Source: a virus (taxonomy: Duplodnaviria; Heunggongvirae; Uroviricota; Caudoviricetes). Taken from it: a stretch of 42,292 bases of DNA. Position 1 is the stretch's first letter. Each line of letters starts with the position of its first letter. Below, piece after piece: positions 9,030 through 15,927 of this stretch. The position numbers and the translations under genes were made by a program. The stretch lies in the IMG/VR virus record IMGVR_UViG_2651869755_000015, positions 1-42,292 of that record; one strand, 5' to 3'. The notes below the pieces were generated by a model. The model did no database searches. It was not told the origin of the DNA and was given only the letters and a program-made list of their open reading frames with translations.

Positions 9030-9467
9030 ATGGAAAGTAATATCAAATGGTTAGTTGCCGCCGGGCATGAGATGGCTTCGGAACTGAAAGCAGAATGTGG
9101 TGCCGTTGATATGCGCAGTGTGGCAAAGCTGATCAGCTATTTGGCAACGCAACTGGAAGTGCAACTGGTGCGTGCTAATGCGCTGGCTGCGGAGAATGCG
9201 CTGGCTCGTAAAGCAGTTCAGGCATTTTGCGATGTTGTTGGCGACAGCACCGAGGTTATCTGCGAGGAGATTGGGCGAGATGGCGTTCTGGTTATTTTGG
9301 AGGCAATGAAGGCAACAGGAAATATGCCAGCCACCGATGCTTTCCTGTCTGAAGTGCGGGCGCAGGGGGTAGAGATGATGCGCGAACATCCATCAATCAA
9401 ACTTTGTTCTTTGACGCACATATGTGATGAGTTAGCCGCCCAGCTTCGCAAAGGAGGCAGCCAGTGA
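9030..9467 (+). CDS. Hypothetical early protein (145 aa)
   Basis: ATG with GAGGG Shine-Dalgarno; 4-nt overlap with next gene. Confidence 0.45.
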   Translation: MESNIKWLVAAGHEMASELKAECGAVDMRSVAKLISYLATQLEVQLVRANALAAENALARKAVQAFCDVVGDSTEVICEEIGRDGVLVILEAMKATGNMPATDAFLSEVRAQGVEMMREHPSIKLCSLTHICDELAAQLRKGGSQ

Positions 9468-9952
9468 GCAAGATTGACTATCAAAAGCTTCGTGAAATCG
9501 CTGAAAAAACAAAAATTGCTGGTGAAGCACCTGTAATGCCTTTCGATCAGCGAATTAATGCGCTTAACGATTTTATGAAGCACTTTTCGCCAGATATCGT
9601 GCTGGCATTGTTGGATGAGATCAACGCATTAGAGGAAACGCGTATCAACGATGTTTGCCGTATTGCGGAACTAACAAAACAACTGGAGTTGGCAAAATCA
9701 AAACTCAACGAGCAGCGTGAGTATTACGAGGGCGTTATCTCGGATGGAAGTAAGCGCATAGCAGAGTTAGAAAGTGATTCTCAGGCACAAAAGTTAGTTG
9801 AAGCAATCATTGTTGCGATAGAAAACGAACAGGAACGTCTTTTTGATGAAGATTACCTAATGGATTCGAAAGAATGCATTGACGTAATTCGTGAAGAAGT
9901 AAAGCGATGGAATGATTCCCGCGCCGCTGGCATTCGCATCAAAGGAGAGTGA
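9464..9952 (+). CDS. Ead/Ea22-like coiled-coil protein
   Basis: GTG start after AAAGGAGG; N-terminus MSKIDYQKLREIAEK and coiled-coil character typical of Ea22-like proteins. Confidence 0.5.
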   Translation: MSKIDYQKLREIAEKTKIAGEAPVMPFDQRINALNDFMKHFSPDIVLALLDEINALEETRINDVCRIAELTKQLELAKSKLNEQREYYEGVISDGSKRIAELESDSQAQKLVEAIIVAIENEQERLFDEDYLMDSKECIDVIREEVKRWNDSRAAGIRIKGE

Positions 9953-9953
9953 G

Positions 9954-10709
9954 ATGATTCACTACCACGGTGGGCCTATTACTCCTGATACGTGCGCAAT
10001 GAGAGCATGGAAAGGGCGACATGCGTTTATCAGTTTTGCGCATTCAGGCCAGATCAATCTCGCGGCTGAATACTGTCAGTCGTTCGCGCTGGACAACGGT
10101 GCATTCACCGCCTGGAAAGCAGCTGGCAAAAACAAAATCGACTGGAGCGATTACTACGAGTTTGTTGCTCGCTGGAAGAATCACCCAGGATTCGATTTTG
10201 CCATTATCCCGGATGTTATTGATGGCGGAGAGGAGGAAAATGATGCGCTTCTGAATGAGTGGCCTCACGGAAAACTAGCTGGCGTTCCAGTGTGGCACAT
10301 GAATGAAAGTGACGAGCGATTTATTCATTTGTGCAATGAGTTTCCGCGAGTGGCTATCGGTAGTTGTGGCGACTATGACGTAAAGCGCCCAACTCTTGCG
10401 GTAGCCAGAATGAAAGACCTGATTCGTCACATTGTTGATGGGCATGGTCAGCCGGTTACGAAACTACATGGATTGCGCATGTTAAATCCGCTGATATTCA
10501 CAAAATTACCCTTAGCCAGCGCAGATAGTACGAACGTCGCTCGAAACATCGGTATTGATAAAGCCTGGTCTGGGGCTTATGCACCTGCAAGTAAAGAGAC
10601 ACGCGCAGCATTAATGGTAGAACGGATTGAGGCACACAATAGCCCTGGTTCTCTTGCGTATTGTGAACAACGCGACCGCTTTGAAATGCAATTGCAACTA
10701 GCAGTTTAA
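9954..10709 (+). CDS. Candidate tRNA-guanine-transglycosylase-like (DpdA-like) TIM-barrel protein
   Basis: ATG at 9954 after AAAGGAGAG; segments FALDNGAF, FAIIPDV, VAIGSCGDY, KLHGLRMLNP parallel E. coli Tgt segments LTDSGGFQ, VMIFDEC, YAVGGLAVGE, YLMGVGKP (recalled). Confidence 0.45.
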   Translation: MIHYHGGPITPDTCAMRAWKGRHAFISFAHSGQINLAAEYCQSFALDNGAFTAWKAAGKNKIDWSDYYEFVARWKNHPGFDFAIIPDVIDGGEEENDALLNEWPHGKLAGVPVWHMNESDERFIHLCNEFPRVAIGSCGDYDVKRPTLAVARMKDLIRHIVDGHGQPVTKLHGLRMLNPLIFTKLPLASADSTNVARNIGIDKAWSGAYAPASKETRAALMVERIEAHNSPGSLAYCEQRDRFEMQLQLAV

Positions 10710-10719
10710 GGACTAACAA

Positions 10720-11580
10720 ATGACCACTATTACCAAAGAACGTATTGAATTGTTCATTAAAAATCCGCTTGAAAACGGGCTTACTCGTGGCGAACAAATG
10801 GAACTGGCACGAATTGCACTGGCATCGCTGGAAGGCGAGCCGATAGGTTTCCGTTGCAGGCGCAATGATAACCTTGGTGATTGGAGTTACGTATATCATC
10901 GAGAGCCAGATGATTTTGAGCGCAAACATTTAGTGATAGAGGGCATTTACGCCGCCCCTCCAGCGCCGGTAGTACCGGAAGAAAAACCAATGCCTAATCC
11001 TCTTAGCATGTACGCGGTTGATGCTGTTGCCGCTATTGCAGAGGTGAGAGGCTGGAATGCCCGCCGCGCCGCCATGCTTCAGTCCGGAAACTTTCGGGAA
11101 AACAAGAATTCGTCAACCAATAATTTTCGGGAAATCGCGGAAACGTCAACCAACTATCCGGTAATTCCTAGTGAGGTGTTGTCCGCAATCCAGAAGGTTG
11201 CCAAGATTCGTGCCGATTTCGATGATTTTGACGGTGACAGGCGAGGTATCGGTGATTGTCTGGATGAGGCTGAGCAAGAGCTTATCGTTACCATTAACAA
11301 ATATGCCAGTCAGTTGGCAGCAGAACCTATAGCGCCTAATGACGTTCGAGAGCAGACAGCCATTCCGCAAGTTCCGGTAATTCCGGATGGTTGGATAAGC
11401 TGTAGTGAGCGAATGCCGAACGACGCGCAGTGGTGCGTAGTGAACACAGAATACGGGTATTACGTGCAATGCTGGTCTGAAGGTCAAGGGTGGCTTGGTG
11501 ATGATATCAGCATACCTGAATGCGATGTAATCAATTGGATGCCTCTACCAGAACCGCCGAAGGAGGTTAACCGTGGCTAA
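10720..11580 (+). CDS. DUF551-domain phage protein
   Basis: C-terminal WISCSERMPNDAQWCVVNTEYGYYVQCW...VINWMPLPEPP resembles DUF551; internal direct DNA repeat at 11090-11160. Confidence 0.5.
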   Translation: MTTITKERIELFIKNPLENGLTRGEQMELARIALASLEGEPIGFRCRRNDNLGDWSYVYHREPDDFERKHLVIEGIYAAPPAPVVPEEKPMPNPLSMYAVDAVAAIAEVRGWNARRAAMLQSGNFRENKNSSTNNFREIAETSTNYPVIPSEVLSAIQKVAKIRADFDDFDGDRRGIGDCLDEAEQELIVTINKYASQLAAEPIAPNDVREQTAIPQVPVIPDGWISCSERMPNDAQWCVVNTEYGYYVQCWSEGQGWLGDDISIPECDVINWMPLPEPPKEVNRG

Positions 11581-11610
11581 CATGCAACTTATCCTTAAAG
11601 GTGAAAAGAT

Positions 11611-11832
11611 TTGAGGATTCGCATCATTAATAACACCGACAAGCATCCGGAAGATTATTTGGATTGCTCGTTAGCAGAGTGCGGTATTTCCGTATGGGAT
11701 GAGTTCGATGTGATGCGTAAAACCGCTTACGGCTATGTCGTAATTCATAACGGAGACGAATTATTTGTTCGTCGGTCAGAATGCGTGGAATTGATAGAAG
11801 AGAATCTCCGCACATCGGCAACACACAGCTAA
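11611..11832 (+). CDS. Hypothetical protein (73 aa, TTG start)
   Basis: ORF with non-ATG start and AAAGG upstream; weak support. Confidence 0.3.
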   Translation: MRIRIINNTDKHPEDYLDCSLAECGISVWDEFDVMRKTAYGYVVIHNGDELFVRRSECVELIEENLRTSATHS

Positions 11833-11859
11833 GTATGTTCGCAATAAAGGTGAATATTG

Positions 11860-12198
11860 ATGGCTAAATCAGCAGCAGAGCGCAAAGCCGCTCAGAGAGC
11901 CAGACAAGCTGAATCCGGTGTACGTAAGCTGGAGATTGTGCTTGATGCTCAGGAAATTGAAATGCTGGAGCGTAACTGTGCCACGCGTCGCCCCGGGCGT
12001 GCGCCTTACGAATTTGGTGAGTATATAGCGTTACTGATCCGCCAGGATGATGCACGCGTGCGCGGGCGTATAAAATCGATCAGCAGAAAACGTTGCGGTA
12101 AGTGCGGCGAGAGAGTTCCTGTGAATTCATGCCCGTGTAATGGTGACTCGCAATGCTGGGTGACTAAAGGCTGGCATGAAACGAAATTAATAGTGTGA
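11860..12198 (+). CDS. Hypothetical DNA-binding protein (RHH-like N-terminus, Cys-rich zinc-ribbon-like C-terminus)
   Basis: ATG at 11860 after AAAGGTGAA; C-terminal CGKCGERVPVNSCPCNGDSQC; stop codon lies inside the 14-bp palindrome at 12194-12207. Confidence 0.45.
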   Translation: MAKSAAERKAAQRARQAESGVRKLEIVLDAQEIEMLERNCATRRPGRAPYEFGEYIALLIRQDDARVRGRIKSISRKRCGKCGERVPVNSCPCNGDSQCWVTKGWHETKLIV

Positions 12199-12207
12199 CA
12201 TGTCACG
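12194..12207. repeat. 14-bp perfect palindrome TGTGACATGTCACG (copy 1)
   Basis: Exact 14-mer shared with 14598-14611 and, in reverse complement, with 32009-32022. Confidence 0.85.
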
Positions 12208-12215
12208 AAGGTGTT

Positions 12216-12428
12216 ATGCCAAAAATACGCTACGACCTTGAAGATATGAGAGATAACTCAGCAAATTTTCCGAAAGAGGTTAAATTTCTCATGCATAAGT
12301 ATGGTTGCGCCAGGAGGGATATAGTTATCGACAGTCAGCACCCTTGCGGCGAGGATGTAATTTTCATTCGCGGTAAATGGGAAGGGTATCTTGACGAGAG
12401 TTTTTACGATGAATTTGATGGACTTTGA
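12216..12428 (+). CDS. Hypothetical protein (70 aa)
   Basis: ATG at 12216 preceded by GAAGGTG; last gene before the terminator ahead of terS. Confidence 0.4.
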   Translation: MPKIRYDLEDMRDNSANFPKEVKFLMHKYGCARRDIVIDSQHPCGEDVIFIRGKWEGYLDESFYDEFDGL

Positions 12429-12433
12429 ATACT

Positions 12434-12459
12434 GCCGCCAACTATGGCGGCTTTATTTT
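12434..12459 (+). terminator. Rho-independent terminator between early genes and terS
   Basis: Stem GCCGCC/GGCGGC, loop AACTAT, then TTTATTTT. Confidence 0.55.
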
Positions 12460-12470
12460 GCATGTTACTA

Positions 12471-12503
12471 TTACCACAACGGTAACTATTACCACGGTGG
12501 TTA
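12471..12503. promoter_or_regulatory. Operator-like dyads immediately upstream of terS
   Basis: TTACCACAACGGTAA (12471-12485) and a degenerate copy TTACCACGGTGGTTA (12489-12503) within ACTATTACCAC direct repeats. Confidence 0.5.
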
Positions 12504-13099
12504 TGATGCCTGCTGAACCTAAAACCTATAAACGCAAATCAACGCAATTTAAGCCGCTCACAGCAATGCAGGAGGCTTATTGCCAGTCATACATCAAAAC
12601 GCCTGAAAACCAGACTCAGGCAGCGATTAACGCAGGATTCTCCCCAAATACAGCGGCAGTTAAAGCCAGTGTCATGATGCGCGATGAACGCATTCAAAAA
12701 CGGATTGCCGAGTTGATGGAGGAGCGCAACAAACGAATGCGCGTCAGTGCTGATTACGTTCTCATGCGCCTGGTGGAGATCGACCAGATGGACGTGATTG
12801 ATATCCTCAACGACGATGGGAGCCTTAAGCCAATCCGCGAGTGGCCGAAAATCTGGCGCACTACGCTTAGCGGCTTTGATCTGTCATCGACCATCATGAA
12901 CATGAACGAGGATTCGATAGAGACAATCCTCAAAAAAATTAAATGGCCTGACAAGGTGAAGAACCTTGAGCTGATTGGTAAGCACGTCGATGTCAATGCA
13001 TTCAAAGAACGCCTGGATGTTAATGTGAATGTGACAATTGCTGATCGCATAGCGGCAGCCAGGAAGAGACTGAAAGAACGTCAGGATGGCAATCAGTGA
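12503..13099 (+). CDS. Terminase small subunit
   Basis: ATG at 12503 (track ORF starts upstream at 12425); HTH-like N-terminal region LTAMQEAYCQSYIKT...AAINAGFS; 4-nt overlap with terL. Confidence 0.65.
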   Translation: MMPAEPKTYKRKSTQFKPLTAMQEAYCQSYIKTPENQTQAAINAGFSPNTAAVKASVMMRDERIQKRIAELMEERNKRMRVSADYVLMRLVEIDQMDVIDILNDDGSLKPIREWPKIWRTTLSGFDLSSTIMNMNEDSIETILKKIKWPDKVKNLELIGKHVDVNAFKERLDVNVNVTIADRIAAARKRLKERQDGNQ

Positions 13100-14571
13100 C
13101 AGATGCAGCGTTATCTCCTGAAGAGCAGTTGATCGAGGATATTGCAGGGTTCACTCACGATCCGCTTGGCTATGCCCTCTATGCGTTCCCGTGGGGGGAA
13201 GAGGGGACTGAACTGGCACATGCCACCGGTCCACGTCAGTGGCAGGCTGATGCGTTCCGAGAGATACGTGATCACCTGCAGAATCCAGAGACGCGCTATC
13301 AGCCGCTTATGCTGGCACGCGCTTCTGGTCACGGTATTGGTAAATCCGCATTCATCTCAATGCTGATCAACTGGGGCATGTCCACTTGCGAGGATTGTAA
13401 GGTCGTGGTGACCGCCAACACCGACAACCAGCTACGAACGAAGACCTGGCCGGAAATTATCAAGTGGTCGAACCTTGCTATCACGAAAGACTGGTTTACC
13501 TGTACCGCTACCGCGATGTACAGCAATGATCCTGGGCACGACAAGCGGTGGCGAGCTGACGCAATCCCCTGGTCTGAGCACAACACTGAGGCATTCGCCG
13601 GATTACACAACGAGCGCAAACGCATCATCGTGGTATTCGATGAAGCGTCGAACATTGCGGATCTGGTGTGGGAAGTTGCTGAGGGTGCGCTTACGGACGA
13701 AGACACTGAGATTATCTGGGTGGCGTTCGGAAACCCGACGCGTAATACCGGGCGATTCCGTGAATGTTTCCGCAAGTATAAACACCGCTGGAAAACTGCG
13801 CAGATTGACAGCCGGACGGTGGAAGGCACCAACAAACAGCAGTTGCAGAAATGGGTTGATGACTACGGGGAAGACAGCGACTTCGTTAAAATCCGTGTGC
13901 GCGGCATATTCCCGGATGCATCTGAATTGCAGTTTATCCCTACCGGTCTTACTGACGAGGCAATGAAACGGGTGGTAACCGCTGCGCAGGTGGCACATGC
14001 TCCGGTGATAATCGGCGTTGACCCGGCATACTCCGGTGTTGATGACGCTGTGATATACCTGCGGCAGGGGCTGCACAGTAAGGTGCTGTGGACTGGCAAC
14101 AAGACCACTGACGATCTGATTATGGCGAAGCGTATCGCTGACTTTGAAGACCAGTATCAGGCTGACGCGGTGTTCATCGACTTCGGTTACGGAACCGGTT
14201 TGAAGTCAATCGGTGATGGCTGGGGTCGTACATGGCAACTTGTTCCGTTCGGTGGCGCGTCTACTGACCCGCAGATGCTCAACAAGCGTGGGGAGATGTT
14301 CAACTCATGCAAGACATGGCTGAGGCTCGGCGGCATGCTGGATGACCAGGAAACAGCGGACGACCTGTCGACGGCAGAGTACAAAGTTCGCGTGGACGGT
14401 AAAATCGTTATCGAACCGAAGGAAGATATCAAAGAGCGACTTGGGCGTTCTCCTGGTAAAGGCGATGCGCTACTGCTGACGTTTGCGTTCCCTGTGTCGA
14501 AGCGTCTGCGAATTCCCGGGCAGCAGAACCAGCAAGGCAAAGCCATCACAGACTATGATCCTTTTGCATAA
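13096..14571 (+). CDS. Terminase large subunit
   Basis: 491 aa; Walker A-like ASGHGIGKS; size and position after terS. Confidence 0.9.
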   Translation: MTDAALSPEEQLIEDIAGFTHDPLGYALYAFPWGEEGTELAHATGPRQWQADAFREIRDHLQNPETRYQPLMLARASGHGIGKSAFISMLINWGMSTCEDCKVVVTANTDNQLRTKTWPEIIKWSNLAITKDWFTCTATAMYSNDPGHDKRWRADAIPWSEHNTEAFAGLHNERKRIIVVFDEASNIADLVWEVAEGALTDEDTEIIWVAFGNPTRNTGRFRECFRKYKHRWKTAQIDSRTVEGTNKQQLQKWVDDYGEDSDFVKIRVRGIFPDASELQFIPTGLTDEAMKRVVTAAQVAHAPVIIGVDPAYSGVDDAVIYLRQGLHSKVLWTGNKTTDDLIMAKRIADFEDQYQADAVFIDFGYGTGLKSIGDGWGRTWQLVPFGGASTDPQMLNKRGEMFNSCKTWLRLGGMLDDQETADDLSTAEYKVRVDGKIVIEPKEDIKERLGRSPGKGDALLLTFAFPVSKRLRIPGQQNQQGKAITDYDPFA

Positions 14572-14574
14572 AAA

Positions 14575-14594
14575 AGCCCGCGAATCGGCGGGCT
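14575..14594 (-). terminator. Hairpin terminator (mainly minus-strand) between terL and moron
   Basis: Stem AGCCCGC/GCGGGCT with T-run on the minus strand; adjacent to palindrome copy 2. Confidence 0.5.
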
Positions 14595-14597
14595 GAT

Positions 14598-14611
14598 TGT
14601 GACATGTCACG
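14598..14611. repeat. 14-bp perfect palindrome TGTGACATGTCACG (copy 2)
   Basis: Identical 14-mer to copy 1. Confidence 0.85.
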
Positions 14612-14614
14612 GCG

Positions 14615-15037
14615 TTAGAAGGTTATTTTATCGAATGCGGCGTTGATTGCCTTGGCGTCCTGCTCAGCACCAACCACATCAAGTAAAGATCTTTTACTAA
14701 GCACTTCAGCCAGGCATTGTAACTTCATGTTGTATAAGTTTTCGCGCATGTAATCATCATCACTTTTTTCTTTGGCGTATACAGCGCGAGAAATATCAAA
14801 CACATTGCCTTTTTCCATTTCAGTTTTCTGCGCTGAAATCCAGTCATGGCAAGTAACTCCTATTCCATGGTCATCGCTAAGCGTTAACCCGGCAAGTCGC
14901 TCACCTGGAATTGCTTCACAAAGCATTTCATTTCCTGCAAAAACACCATAAAAAATTGAGTCATCACCCTGAACAATGCGTACATATTTGCACGGCCATT
15001 CATTTAGATATTTAGCTAGCATGTCGGCTGTTTTCAT
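14615..15037 (-). CDS. Hypothetical moron protein (140 aa)
   Basis: Opposite-strand gene inserted between terL and portal, bounded by terminator hairpins on both sides. Confidence 0.5.
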   Translation of the reverse strand: MKTADMLAKYLNEWPCKYVRIVQGDDSIFYGVFAGNEMLCEAIPGERLAGLTLSDDHGIGVTCHDWISAQKTEMEKGNVFDISRAVYAKEKSDDDYMRENLYNMKLQCLAEVLSKRSLLDVVGAEQDAKAINAAFDKITF

Positions 15038-15060
15038 GATCTCACCTTAAAAAAATGCCC

Positions 15061-15084
15061 GGCGAACCGGGCTGTACTGGTTTA
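15061..15084 (-). terminator. Rho-independent terminator downstream of tRNA
   Basis: Minus strand GCCCGGTTCGCCGGGC followed by ATTTTTTT. Confidence 0.5.
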
Positions 15085-15202
15085 CAGCATGAAGTCATCG
15101 CAATGGCGTCCTGCTGTAAAAAGGGCGGTGATAGTTCTTCAAGGGAAACCATCACCGCCAAGCCCCTGGAACTTCTGGCATCACGGTCCTCAGGCGTGAT
15201 TC

Positions 15203-15279
15203 TGGCGTGGCATGCAGGATTCGAACCTGCGACCAACCGCTTAGAAGGCGGTTGCTCTGTCCAACTGAGCTAATGCCAC
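15203..15279 (-). tRNA. tRNA-Arg (anticodon UCU)
   Basis: Minus-strand 77-nt sequence GTGGCATTAGCTCAGTTGGACAGAGCAACCGCCTTCTAAGCGGTTGGTCGCAGGTTCGAATCCTGCATGCCACGCCA folds as a cloverleaf (7-bp acceptor stem, GTTCGAATC T-loop, anticodon loop CTTCTAA, 3' CCA). Confidence 0.85.
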
Positions 15280-15601
15280 AACGCTGAGAGCACTTAGCCT
15301 GTTAAGGCGCCACACTTTGTCGCGGCTCCATAAATGCTCTCATCGTTGTACCCTCGTCTCTTCCGAGGCGTCACACCGAATCGCCGGGATGGTGAATCCC
15401 CGTGCGCGGAATAAAACCGCTCGACTTGCACATTCCGGCTACCTGGTTCGTTTGCCCGAGCAAGGGAGGGTGCCCCTTAAACGTATCCAGACCGCTATCG
15501 TCGCATGTGCCATACGCCGTACTGCTCAAAATAAAAGCTCACTCCACCTGTTCAATTTAACGACAAGCCAGTCAGGTTAGTAACCGGAATGAACTCTTTA
15601 G

Positions 15602-15616
15602 TTACCTGAAAGGTAA
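15602..15616. promoter_or_regulatory. Operator-like dyad TTACCTGAAAGGTAA upstream of the structural operon
   Basis: Perfect dyad, identical to the site at 35706-35720; followed by CATATGTGGTTAAATTGGTAAT. Confidence 0.55.
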
Positions 15617-15706
15617 TAATTTGTGCGTTAAATGTCAACTGTCTACGATAAATAAATCATATGTGGTTAAATTGGTAATAATTTAATTGCGTACGGAGTC
15701 ATTGAT

Positions 15707-15913
15707 ATGTGCATGGGTAGCTCACCATCAGTGCCTGCAACACCAGAAGTTCAGGCAGCACCACAGGAGCAGGATGCCGCCGTTGTTGATGCCCGCGACG
15801 AAGAAACACGTCGCCGTCGCGCTGCTGCTGGTCGTAGTTCTACGCTGCTTACCGGTTCTCAGGGCGACACATCAACCGCTAATACCAGCGGTAAAACGCT
15901 GCTTGGTCAGTAA
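15707..15913 (+). CDS. Hypothetical small protein (68 aa) preceding portal
   Basis: ATG preceded by CGGAGTCATTGA, the same initiation context as the portal gene; low-complexity sequence. Confidence 0.35.
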   Translation: MCMGSSPSVPATPEVQAAPQEQDAAVVDARDEETRRRRAAAGRSSTLLTGSQGDTSTANTSGKTLLGQ

Positions 15914-15927
15914 CCGGAGTCATTGAA

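Noticed and set aside
12194-12207. Reading TGTGACATGTCACG as a CRP site
   Set aside because: CRP half-sites TGTGA/TCACA are present but separated by 4 bp rather than the required 6 bp.
12489-12503. Degenerate operator copies (for example TTACCACGGTGGTTA at 12489; TTACCCACCTGGGTA near 41866)
   Set aside because: One arm deviates from GGTAA, and the 41866 copy is inside coding sequence; not counted as operators, though the 12489 copy may extend the adjacent perfect site.
15042-15273. Track ORFs 15042-15236 (minus) and 15055-15273 (plus)
   Set aside because: They overlap a well-formed tRNA-Arg cloverleaf and a terminator hairpin, so an RNA gene explains the region better.
15317-15580. 87-aa plus-strand ORF in the spacer downstream of the tRNA
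   Set aside because: Arg/Ser/His-rich, no Shine-Dalgarno, not coupled to neighbours; region treated as noncoding.
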